IMG/VR virus record: IMGVR_UViG_3300020045_008087
Location: 1-24,658 of that record
Strand: one strand, 5' to 3'
Length of the DNA stretch: 24,658 nt
Source: a virus
Lineage: Duplodnaviria; Caudoviricetes
Position numbers and translations under genes: made by a program. The notes under the pieces are model-generated. The model was not told the origin of the DNA, did not search any database, and saw only the letters and a program-made list of their open reading frames with translations. The first letter of the stretch is position 1; every line of letters starts with the position of its first letter. Of the stretch, positions 8,667 to 16,830 are shown piece by piece.

Positions 8667-8885
8667 ATGCCTAACACATCCACAGCCGATCCCAAGTTTG
8701 CCCAATACCTAGAAGAGTTAAATACCCTAAATGAAAAATATCAGTATTCTTTAGTTGCCAAAATAAAGGTTACTGAAACCGGAATTACACCCTACCTTGC
8801 TAAAATAGATCTTGTACCACCAAAAACTGTAGCCAAGAAAACTGTAGCCAAGAAAACTGTAACTAAGAAAGGAAAAAAGAAATGA
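8667..8885 (+). CDS. Small protein with Lys-rich tail; paralog of 10365-10625
   Basis: 72 aa; tail KTVAKKTVAKKTVTKKGKKK; gapless alignment to the 86-aa ORF. Confidence 0.7.
   Translation: MPNTSTADPKFAQYLEELNTLNEKYQYSLVAKIKVTETGITPYLAKIDLVPPKTVAKKTVAKKTVTKKGKKK
8823..8867 (+). repeat. 3 x 15-bp coding tandem repeat
   Basis: AAAACTGTAGCCAAG x2 then AAAACTGTAACTAAG. Confidence 0.95.
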
Positions 8886-9565
8886 ACCCCAATGTAGACT
8901 CTGATCTTTATAACCTAGTTACTATTAAAAATATCGACTCCGAGGACTTTGTCTTTACAGTCAACAAAGAACCATACCTTATTAAAGCCGGGGAGACTCG
9001 GAACTTCCCAAAGTTCATGGTTAATATCGGTTTGAAGCATTTAATTGATAAAATCCTACTTAAAAAAGACCCTGAGGGTAAGTTAACCAGAAGGGTTGAT
9101 CTTAGGGATGAGTTAGCGGCACAAATCATTATTGAAGAGGTCTCTTACCAAAAGCCTGTACTTCCTACAGATGAGGAGCTTGTCCAACAGATCAACAGAC
9201 CGACAGATTTGGATAGAGTCTTACAGAAAAACAAGGAGGGGTTAAAAGCAAACGATACACTTATCCCACCACCTGTGATGACACAGCCTGTGCCGGACTT
9301 AACCAGTATGCCTGTAGAAGCTCCAGTTACACCCATCACACCCGAGCAAGAGACAGAACACTTCGATGGGCTAGAGGAACCTTCTGTACCAGCTATGCCC
9401 ACCAAAGCACAACTAATTACATACGCTCAGAACACCCTTAAATTGACAATGGATGAAAAAACCAAGAAGGCTTGGGATAAAATGAAGGTATCAGAGTTAT
9501 TTGTGGAGCTTGGCTTAGATCAGGAAGAAGATTTAGCAGCAACGGGGGTATTCAATGGATCCTGA
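8882..9565 (+). CDS. Hypothetical phage protein, possible small C-terminal helical domain
   Basis: 227 aa; globular N-terminus, Pro-rich linker, PTKAQLITYA...MKVSELFVELG end; overlaps both neighbours. Confidence 0.65.
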   Translation: MNPNVDSDLYNLVTIKNIDSEDFVFTVNKEPYLIKAGETRNFPKFMVNIGLKHLIDKILLKKDPEGKLTRRVDLRDELAAQIIIEEVSYQKPVLPTDEELVQQINRPTDLDRVLQKNKEGLKANDTLIPPPVMTQPVPDLTSMPVEAPVTPITPEQETEHFDGLEEPSVPAMPTKAQLITYAQNTLKLTMDEKTKKAWDKMKVSELFVELGLDQEEDLAATGVFNGS

Positions 9566-10364
9566 GGACTTAACACCAAGTGAAGATCAACCCGCCTTTA
9601 CAGCAGAAGAGGGAGATCCTATTATTCCTGTTGAGGGTGAGATAACTATCCCTGCCGAAGCCGAGGAAACACCAGGGGCGCCAGCTGAGGAGCCACCAAA
9701 GTATCAGTTTAAGACAGAGGCAGAGTTAGATGACTTTATTAAATCAAGGCAACCCGTAGCTCCGGTTGTCCCTGAAGCTCCTGTAGCACCCGCTGCAGCT
9801 TCTCAGGATGAAGATGATGAGTTTGCCGACCTGGAGATATTTAAGGGTTACAGGAACCCACAGACGGGTGAATGGGTGGGTGAGGCTCCTTCAGACTGGA
9901 ACGATTTTGCCAGGAAGATACTTAAACACAATTCCCCCAAAGTTGTAGCTCCTAAAATATTAGAACAGATTAAGAACATGACTCAAAAGGAACGGGAAGA
10001 GTTAAAAAGGATAGATGCTGAGTTTGACAAAGAATATGACGCATTAGCAGCTCAGAGCCTAGTACCTGCGAGAGGTACACCAGAGGGGATCGAGGTTAAT
10101 AAGCAGATTACAGCTATCGGTGCGCAGTTTGGTCAGTCTTCAATAACCAAAGCTCATCAACTCTGGAGTAAAATACCTAAATCTGAGGGTGGTGGATTAG
10201 ATTATGTACCCGCCAAGAAGGTTAACCCCTCAAAGGCTGTGGCAGCCAAGATTGGCTCATCTGCAGCCTCAAACAGTGCTGGTAAGGTACCCAAGGCAAT
10301 TCCCTATTCTAAGCTACACGCAGCACGAAGTGTCGATGAGCTTATAGAGGAAGAGGATATTTAA
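9555..10364 (+). CDS. Putative capsid scaffolding protein
   Basis: Acidic Pro/Glu disordered N-terminus, helical middle, low-complexity linker and short C-terminal helix (SVDELIEE). No scaffold gene lies between portal and capsid. Function inferred. Confidence 0.5.
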   Translation: MDPEDLTPSEDQPAFTAEEGDPIIPVEGEITIPAEAEETPGAPAEEPPKYQFKTEAELDDFIKSRQPVAPVVPEAPVAPAAASQDEDDEFADLEIFKGYRNPQTGEWVGEAPSDWNDFARKILKHNSPKVVAPKILEQIKNMTQKEREELKRIDAEFDKEYDALAAQSLVPARGTPEGIEVNKQITAIGAQFGQSSITKAHQLWSKIPKSEGGGLDYVPAKKVNPSKAVAAKIGSSAASNSAGKVPKAIPYSKLHAARSVDELIEEEDI

Positions 10365-10625
10365 ATGTCAGCCAGAACCGCCAAAGCCATGAGAAAAGCC
10401 GAAGATGATAAAACAAAGGACTTTGAAGCCCGATCCGAGGCTCTTATGACTGAGCTTAAGGCTTTGAGCTTAAAATATAAGATTGACCTTATATCTACCT
10501 TACAATATCGCACAGAAGGTGTTTTGCCAGTTATTACTCTGGTGGATATTAAGGACAAGTTTGGTGAGGTTACACCAGAAATGCAGAAAATTATAGATGA
10601 GAAGAAGGATAGTCTCATCAACTAG
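10365..10625 (+). CDS. Hypothetical protein; paralog of 8667-8885
   Basis: 86 aa, abuts the upstream stop; shared EL..L..KY...L.......G..P.....D pattern. Confidence 0.7.
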   Translation: MSARTAKAMRKAEDDKTKDFEARSEALMTELKALSLKYKIDLISTLQYRTEGVLPVITLVDIKDKFGEVTPEMQKIIDEKKDSLIN

Positions 10626-10629
10626 ATAA

Positions 10630-10638
10630 TGCTATAAT
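10630..10638 (+). promoter_or_regulatory. Extended -10 promoter for the tail operon
   Basis: TG-C-TATAAT; predicted +1 near 10645, where the conserved leader motif begins. Confidence 0.65.
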
Positions 10639-10654
10639 TAGTATAGAAGTCTTT

Positions 10655-10687
10655 AAGGCTCAGATCAACTTGATCTGGGCTTTTTTT
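10655..10687 (+). terminator. Intrinsic terminator/attenuator in the tail-operon leader
   Basis: GCTCAGATCA-ACT-TGATCTGGGC plus T7 (10681-10687); left arm overlaps AGAAGTCTTTAAGGCTCA (10645-10662). Confidence 0.8.
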
Positions 10688-10701
10688 GTACCTAAAAATA
10701 T

Positions 10702-11598
10702 ATGTTAAGTTTCCAGTCACAATATGAACTATGCCAGGATTTAGCGCAGGATACTAATACTGATGCCACGACCTTTTTTAAGACCAATATTAACATTGGT
10801 CAACATTTATTGGAGTCAGAGTTAGGTTCATTCTACACAGAGGAGGAGTTTACCGATCTAACTGAAGCCTCAGTCTCCTCTTACCCTACACCTGATCAGT
10901 TTGTCCGCTTGAAGATAGCCTATGTTACTGTTGGATCTGTAAGGTATGTTATGGAGGAGATATTTGACGAGGATGAATGGCAGATGTTGAAGTCTTCCCA
11001 GGCATCTCAAACATCAAACATCGCCCAGTATATTATTGTTAGAAGAGATAGGTTTGAGATTTATCCCACACCAACCTCTGCGAGCAATACCATTACCCTA
11101 CGGGCTGAAGCTGGATCAAAGGATCTACAGTTTGATGATTACACCACAGGCACGATTACTACCTTGGCTAATGGTGGAGTGGCAGTTACAGGGTCTAGCA
11201 CTACCTTTACCGCTGCTATGGCGGGCAGATATTTTAAAATCAATGCTTCTCCTGCCTGGATTAAGATCGCCTCGTTCGGATCAACCACTACCTTAACTCT
11301 GGATAAGCCATACTCTGGCACATCTATCGCTGCTGGTACCTCAACCTTTACCATTGGTGAGATGCCTCGTACACCGGAGAGTACCCATCAGGTACCTGTC
11401 TGGTATGCCTTAAGGGAGTATTACGCTGGATTTAAACAGAATGAGGCAAAGGCTAAGTATTACGATACCAAGTATGAATTTGACCTTAAAAGGGCAAAAA
11501 ACACCTATTCCAAGCGTTATTCTACCAATTATATCCCGGGTAACAGGCAAAGGAGGCTCGTTAATCCTAACCATTATCCTGCGGATATGACCTATTAA
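10702..11598 (+). CDS. Head-tail adaptor (tail tubular A-like) with inserted beta domain
   Basis: Helical N-terminus, YPTPDQFVRL, FEIYPTP, helical C-terminus (PESTHQVPVWYAL...KYEFDL); precedes the nozzle gene. Confidence 0.7.
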   Translation: MLSFQSQYELCQDLAQDTNTDATTFFKTNINIGQHLLESELGSFYTEEEFTDLTEASVSSYPTPDQFVRLKIAYVTVGSVRYVMEEIFDEDEWQMLKSSQASQTSNIAQYIIVRRDRFEIYPTPTSASNTITLRAEAGSKDLQFDDYTTGTITTLANGGVAVTGSSTTFTAAMAGRYFKINASPAWIKIASFGSTTTLTLDKPYSGTSIAAGTSTFTIGEMPRTPESTHQVPVWYALREYYAGFKQNEAKAKYYDTKYEFDLKRAKNTYSKRYSTNYIPGNRQRRLVNPNHYPADMTY

Positions 11599-11609
11599 AA
11601 TGATATGTT

Positions 11610-14600
11610 ATGGCAAAAAATAAACCACAACCAGTACCTCTTTCAAGAATCGTAGGTGGAATAAGTGACCATTCCAAGGAGTCTGTTGTTCCAGATTCGG
11701 TAGCTTTTATTCGGAAGGTTGACTATAGAACTGATCCTAGACGTTGGAAAATCTTACCCAAAACAGTAAAAGAGTCAGGTTCGGTTATTACCGATTTACC
11801 CAAGTGGGGAGATATTGTTGGGGATAATGCCTATATTTATGGGGATACCGGTAATATCTATCAAAGGACTAATGCTGGATCAGTAACACTTCTAAGATCT
11901 GTAAGCAATTCTCATGGAAATGGTATGAAATATCTGGCAGAGGATGGCTATTTATACTATTCTTTGGATAAAGTCATCGGTAGATATGGAAGGATAGGCT
12001 CAACGCCAACCTTTACTGATGACTTCTTGGGAGCCCAAGGTGGCGTGCCAACCAACACCCATGCCCTAGATCTGGAGGCTTCTTCATCAAGATATGCCAC
12101 CGCTGCTGACTCTGCTTCTTTGTCTTTTACTACTGATTTTGCCCTAGAGATTAACTGGAAGCCTGAGAGTTTACCATCTGTAGGAAATGAGATGGTGTTG
12201 ATGTCAAAGTGGAATGAAAATGGGAATCAAAGGGCTTTTAAATTCTCAGTTGCTGCTATATCAGGTTATTTTGGTGATGGAGGGGATGGAGCGCTTACTA
12301 TTTCTAGTAATACTACTGAAGCACCGATTGATTCGTCATGTTCTGGAACATCAGGAGCCTATACTCTATCTGCTACCAACGCTTCCTTTGCTGCCGATCA
12401 GATCATTTTAATACACCAATCAAGAGGTACAGGGGCGGGAACGTGGCAAAGGAACAAGATAGTCTCTTATGTGGCGGGTACTATTACCCTGGAGGATGCC
12501 TTAAATGCTACCTATACTGATTCTGGAGCTTCTCAGGCTCAGGTTAGGGTATTAAAAGAATATACCGATGTTACTGTTAATACAGGCATAACCTACACCG
12601 CTAAGGCATGGGATGGCAATGTTGGGGGTATCTTAGCCTTTATCGCTTCTGGAACAGTTACAGCTACAGGTACTATCACAGCTAATGGAGGGGATGGATC
12701 AACCTCTACAGGTACAGGTGGGGGAGGTACAGGGGGCGGTTTTAGGGGTGGAGATGGAGTTCGAGGCGGAGTAGGATCAGATGGTTATCAAGGTGAGGGT
12801 ACTGTTGGTGCAGGGATCCAGTCAACTGCTGCCAATGGAAATGCTGGAGGAGGTGGGTCTGAATCTCCGGGTGATACAGCTGGTTATACTGGTGCAGGAG
12901 GAGGGGGAGGGCATGGTGTAGCTGGTGAGATTGGAGGAAAGGCTGGTAGCGCAACGGGGGGAACTGGCGGTTCTACTGCTGGAGCAGCTGATTTAACGAC
13001 AATGGTCTTTGGTGGTGGAGGCGGTGGTGGTGCAGGAGATACCACATATATTAATAATGTTGGTGGTGGTGGTTCCGGTGGAGGGATCATCTTCATAACT
13101 TCTACTGCTTTGGTAGTAACAGGTGCTATTACAGCTAATGGTGGTGATGGAGGAGATGCACACGTTGAGGCAGATGGTGGTGCTGGTGCAGGAGGCTCAA
13201 TTCTTTTGAAAGCACAAACCGCAACCCTTGGGGCTGCTTTAATAACCGCATCAGGAGGAACCAACTCAGATTCGGGCTATCATGGTGGGGATGGTGGGGC
13301 GGGTAGAGTCCATTTGGACTACTATACCTCATATTCAGGAACTACTACTCCAACCCTAGATGTTGTCCAAGATAATAGTTTAGTCACTACTACTACCTAT
13401 CAACTTAAGCTGATGCTTTCATCAAATGGAACAACGGAGGAGAGTTTATCGAGGACAGCAACCGCCATCGCTACTGGCACTTATGGACATTATGCTGTTT
13501 CCTGGGATGCCTCTGATTCACAAGCAGAGTTCTTTGAGAATGGAGTTAGCTTAGGCACATCAACAGGGGCTTTTACCTCTATGGCGAATACCACCTCTCT
13601 TTTTGCCATAGGAGCTAACTTTGATGGTGCTGGATCAGCGGAGAGTTTTCTCGATGGAATAGTAGATGATGCGAGGGTTTGGAACGCTGAAAGGACAACA
13701 ACTCAAATATTTAACAATAAAACAATGGAGCTTGTAGGAACAGAGACAGGAATTGTTGCCTACTACCAGCTAGATAATGCTGCCACTGATGCAACAGCTA
13801 ACGCCAACAATTTAACTCTAGTAAACTCACCTGTCTACACCACAGATGTAGCCTTCTCGGGTGCTACAACCAGGCTTGATATTGACCAGACTGATGCCTC
13901 AACAGGTGATACCTACGCTTTAGGTACAAGTGTATCTGAGGCTGCTGCTGGTAGACAGACCTTTGTACCCGCCAAAGACCCCCAGAAGTCTATACAGGTA
14001 AATATTTCAGACAAAGGAGATGATGGGGATTGGACACTAGTTGTCCATGATCCTCAGAATAGAGAAATGGCATCTAAGACAGTCACTAATGCCAATCTGA
14101 ATACAGGGCTTTTTGAATTTACTTTTGATAGTGTTTGGACACCCATTATCGGTGTCTCCTACCACTTTCACGTTTATGCCTCATCAACCACAGGAGCCCC
14201 TGCAGTTGTGGCAGGTACAAATAATAACCTTGAAACAGGACAGTTTACCTCATACTATCAGTTCCTGGTTGAGGATACCCTTTACCATCCGATTGATAAC
14301 ATCTTGAACTTCATTGGTATTGGTAACAGTAGATACTTAGCTACCTATGATCCCTCAACTGGTACTTATAACCCACATCGGTTGACCTTCCCTTCTGAGT
14401 GGAAGGTTAGGTGTTTGGGTAGATGGTTGGGATATTATGCCATCGGTTGTTGGAAGGGCGATGAGGTAACTGATTTTGACCAGGGAATGATCTTCTTCTG
14501 GGATGGAATAAAGGACAAATATAATGATTTTGTAGAGGTTCCTGAAGGAGCTATCAATGCCATGTCAGGATCACAGGGAACCCTATCTTTTGTGGCTGGA

Positions 14601-15293
14601 TATCAGGGTGATCTGTTGGAGTATAAGGGTGGGGATGCAGCTAAAAAGGTCAAACGATTACCTAAGATAACTGCTGATAAGTATATCGAGGTGTTACCTG
14701 GAGCTTTGAAGAAATGGAGAACGCTTTTGCATATTGGGGCTGGGGTAACTGATTCAGCAGATGTGGAGCAGGGAGTATATTCCTGGGGTTCTAGGAATAC
14801 TAACTATACTGACAGCCTATCTTTAGATTATGTAATCTCAACTGGTAATTCCTTATCTACGGGTGTAAAGATTGGGCTGGTAATGCCTATGCAGAAAAAG
14901 CTGCTTATTGGATGGAAAGATAATGTTTCGTATGGCTTGGATGTGGTTGATCCGGGTGGGAATCCATATTCTGAAGGTTCTGTAGAGTGGCTAATTAGAG
15001 ATGAGGGGGGAATCTGGAAGGAGAAGATACCAATGGTAATACGAGCTGATTTTGAGCCCCTGGCAGCGTCAGAGAGTATCAGTTTACAACACAAACTAGA
15101 TAGGGCATCTGCCTGGACTGCAGAGACTGAGGAGGCTACAGATGATGCAGATAAACTAAGGGTACAACCTAGAGATTCAAGATATAAAGAGGTACAGGTC
15201 AGGCTCAATCTTAAGACCACAGGCACTACATCTCCTGCTGCTTTAGGGGTGACGTTACTACCCGACACACTAACTGATGAGGAGATTGTCTGA
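11610..15293 (+). CDS. Tail nozzle/stabilisation protein with inserted LamG, Gly-rich and beta-sandwich domains
   Basis: Propeller-like blades at both ends (AYIYGDTGNIY, IFFWDG, GVYSWG), C-terminal EVQVRLNL..TSP; LamG motifs split by a Gly-rich block; sits between adaptor and ejection genes. Confidence 0.7.
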   Translation: MAKNKPQPVPLSRIVGGISDHSKESVVPDSVAFIRKVDYRTDPRRWKILPKTVKESGSVITDLPKWGDIVGDNAYIYGDTGNIYQRTNAGSVTLLRSVSNSHGNGMKYLAEDGYLYYSLDKVIGRYGRIGSTPTFTDDFLGAQGGVPTNTHALDLEASSSRYATAADSASLSFTTDFALEINWKPESLPSVGNEMVLMSKWNENGNQRAFKFSVAAISGYFGDGGDGALTISSNTTEAPIDSSCSGTSGAYTLSATNASFAADQIILIHQSRGTGAGTWQRNKIVSYVAGTITLEDALNATYTDSGASQAQVRVLKEYTDVTVNTGITYTAKAWDGNVGGILAFIASGTVTATGTITANGGDGSTSTGTGGGGTGGGFRGGDGVRGGVGSDGYQGEGTVGAGIQSTAANGNAGGGGSESPGDTAGYTGAGGGGGHGVAGEIGGKAGSATGGTGGSTAGAADLTTMVFGGGGGGGAGDTTYINNVGGGGSGGGIIFITSTALVVTGAITANGGDGGDAHVEADGGAGAGGSILLKAQTATLGAALITASGGTNSDSGYHGGDGGAGRVHLDYYTSYSGTTTPTLDVVQDNSLVTTTTYQLKLMLSSNGTTEESLSRTATAIATGTYGHYAVSWDASDSQAEFFENGVSLGTSTGAFTSMANTTSLFAIGANFDGAGSAESFLDGIVDDARVWNAERTTTQIFNNKTMELVGTETGIVAYYQLDNAATDATANANNLTLVNSPVYTTDVAFSGATTRLDIDQTDASTGDTYALGTSVSEAAAGRQTFVPAKDPQKSIQVNISDKGDDGDWTLVVHDPQNREMASKTVTNANLNTGLFEFTFDSVWTPIIGVSYHFHVYASSTTGAPAVVAGTNNNLETGQFTSYYQFLVEDTLYHPIDNILNFIGIGNSRYLATYDPSTGTYNPHRLTFPSEWKVRCLGRWLGYYAIGCWKGDEVTDFDQGMIFFWDGIKDKYNDFVEVPEGAINAMSGSQGTLSFVAGYQGDLLEYKGGDAAKKVKRLPKITADKYIEVLPGALKKWRTLLHIGAGVTDSADVEQGVYSWGSRNTNYTDSLSLDYVISTGNSLSTGVKIGLVMPMQKKLLIGWKDNVSYGLDVVDPGGNPYSEGSVEWLIRDEGGIWKEKIPMVIRADFEPLAASESISLQHKLDRASAWTAETEEATDDADKLRVQPRDSRYKEVQVRLNLKTTGTTSPAALGVTLLPDTLTDEEIV

Positions 15294-15796
15294 TGTTTAC
15301 TGAGGAGCAAAAACAAGAGCTTAAGAAATTAATACCCGAGATCTTAGCATTACAGCCTTGGCGTATATCCCGACCAACACAGTTTATGCCTAATGTTGTG
15401 AAAAGGGAGTCCATCGAGGATAAGGTTATTGTTGTCGGTTTGGCTGCTGATAGACCTACTAGCGATTCTACGGGGGTGGGGGCTTATTTTTCTACAGATA
15501 CCAATATATTCTCTGTTTATGATGGTTCGGAGTGGGTAGAGTTTGCTAGGATACCGGCAAGTCCTACCGCTTTTACTCAGACCTATTCAACAGCCGATGC
15601 TACCCATGCTGCTTCTACCTTTGCAGCAGTAGCGGAGACAGCATCTACACAAACCACACCCTGGGGGTTTGCTTCTCAGGCTCAGGCTGATGCTATCTCA
15701 GTTGAGTTAAATGACTTGGGGGATGATGTGGTGGATCTGAAACAGCTGGTTAATAGCCTGATAGATGCCCTCCAGAGTATAGGATTGGTTAGTTAA
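15293..15796 (+). CDS. Short fibre/needle-like virion protein
   Basis: GLAADRP...YFSTDT...YDGSEWV fibre motif and C-terminal VNSLIDALQSIGLV resembling head-fibre trimerisation ends. Confidence 0.55.
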   Translation: MFTEEQKQELKKLIPEILALQPWRISRPTQFMPNVVKRESIEDKVIVVGLAADRPTSDSTGVGAYFSTDTNIFSVYDGSEWVEFARIPASPTAFTQTYSTADATHAASTFAAVAETASTQTTPWGFASQAQADAISVELNDLGDDVVDLKQLVNSLIDALQSIGLVS

Positions 15797-15802
15797 ATGA
15801 GA

Positions 15803-15808
15803 TATAAT
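15803..15808 (+). promoter_or_regulatory. Possible -10 element for the ejection-protein genes
   Basis: Intergenic ATATAATGAACATA resembles ATATAATTAACATA of the duplicated promoter; no clear -35. Confidence 0.45.
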
Positions 15809-15846
15809 GAACATATCAAAATGTATCAGATAAAGGAACAAACATT

Positions 15847-16830
15847 ATGGCTGTAGATCTAGCTGCTTTCCCAGGATATACCGGGTGGGGTGCTGCTGAA
15901 GCTGATGCAGATTTTGCTGCCACAGGAGGCGCAGGTAAAGGAGCTTCTGGTGGTAGTTCCGGTGGTAATGGTGGAAATCCCCTTCCTGCCCCTCCTTCAA
16001 TTGCTGAGTATTCAGATAAAGCCTATGCTCCTGCCGATGAGGCATTAAAGGAGTATGTTATGCAGCTAAAGTCTCAGGAGAAGCCCCTGGATGTATATGG
16101 ACAGTTAGAGACTGCAATGGGTCTGCCTTCAATGAAAAAAACAGCTTCTACTCTGAGAGAACAGATCGGTGGCTTAGAAGATACAATCAGGCGTGTTGAG
16201 CCACAGGTACAGGCTACCACCAGAGAATCTCTAGTTACCCAGGGACAACAGGAGGGGATGATAGCTGAGAGAAGAAGACCTTTGATAGATGATTTAGGTG
16301 TATTAGGAACCGCTCTGGGGCGGGTAAGCCAGTCAATAACAGCCGCTACCGCTGATTTAGGTACTAGGGTATCTTTATTCATGGAGGGTCAAAAACAGGC
16401 TTTGAAGCCTTATGAGGTGCAGCTTGCAGCCTTAAATGATAGGGCAGCCAGACAGGTAACAGGTTTCTCTGCTGATGTGGAGAATCAACTATCTGTGGCT
16501 AGGGCTAATTGGGAACGCAACAACTTCTTAGATGATAGGCAGGTAGAAGAAGCCTTTGAACTTCTAAAGATTGAGAAGAACTATCAGAACGAGCTGTCCA
16601 AGTTGATCAAAACCTCAGAGCAGGAGATGTCTACCTATGAGAAGAAGAAGCAGGTGGATCAGAAATATAAGGTGGGTACGGAAGCCTACGACACCACCAG
16701 ATATTATGAGGACAATGGTTCCTCGGGGTCTGGTTATGACTATTCTGGTGGCTCTACTGGCTCCGCTGGGGGGGGTTTTGACTGGTCATTCTATGGATTA
16801 GATACTGCAGGGAATGTGGGAGTAAGATAA
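15847..16830 (+). CDS. Putative internal virion (ejection) protein
   Basis: Helical A/Q/E-rich core with Gly-rich termini; position after tail genes. Confidence 0.55.
   Translation: MAVDLAAFPGYTGWGAAEADADFAATGGAGKGASGGSSGGNGGNPLPAPPSIAEYSDKAYAPADEALKEYVMQLKSQEKPLDVYGQLETAMGLPSMKKTASTLREQIGGLEDTIRRVEPQVQATTRESLVTQGQQEGMIAERRRPLIDDLGVLGTALGRVSQSITAATADLGTRVSLFMEGQKQALKPYEVQLAALNDRAARQVTGFSADVENQLSVARANWERNNFLDDRQVEEAFELLKIEKNYQNELSKLIKTSEQEMSTYEKKKQVDQKYKVGTEAYDTTRYYEDNGSSGSGYDYSGGSTGSAGGGFDWSFYGLDTAGNVGVR

Noticed and set aside
12680-13310. G-rich stretch as a DNA repeat or G-quadruplex element
   Set aside because: Explained by glycine codons with varied third positions.
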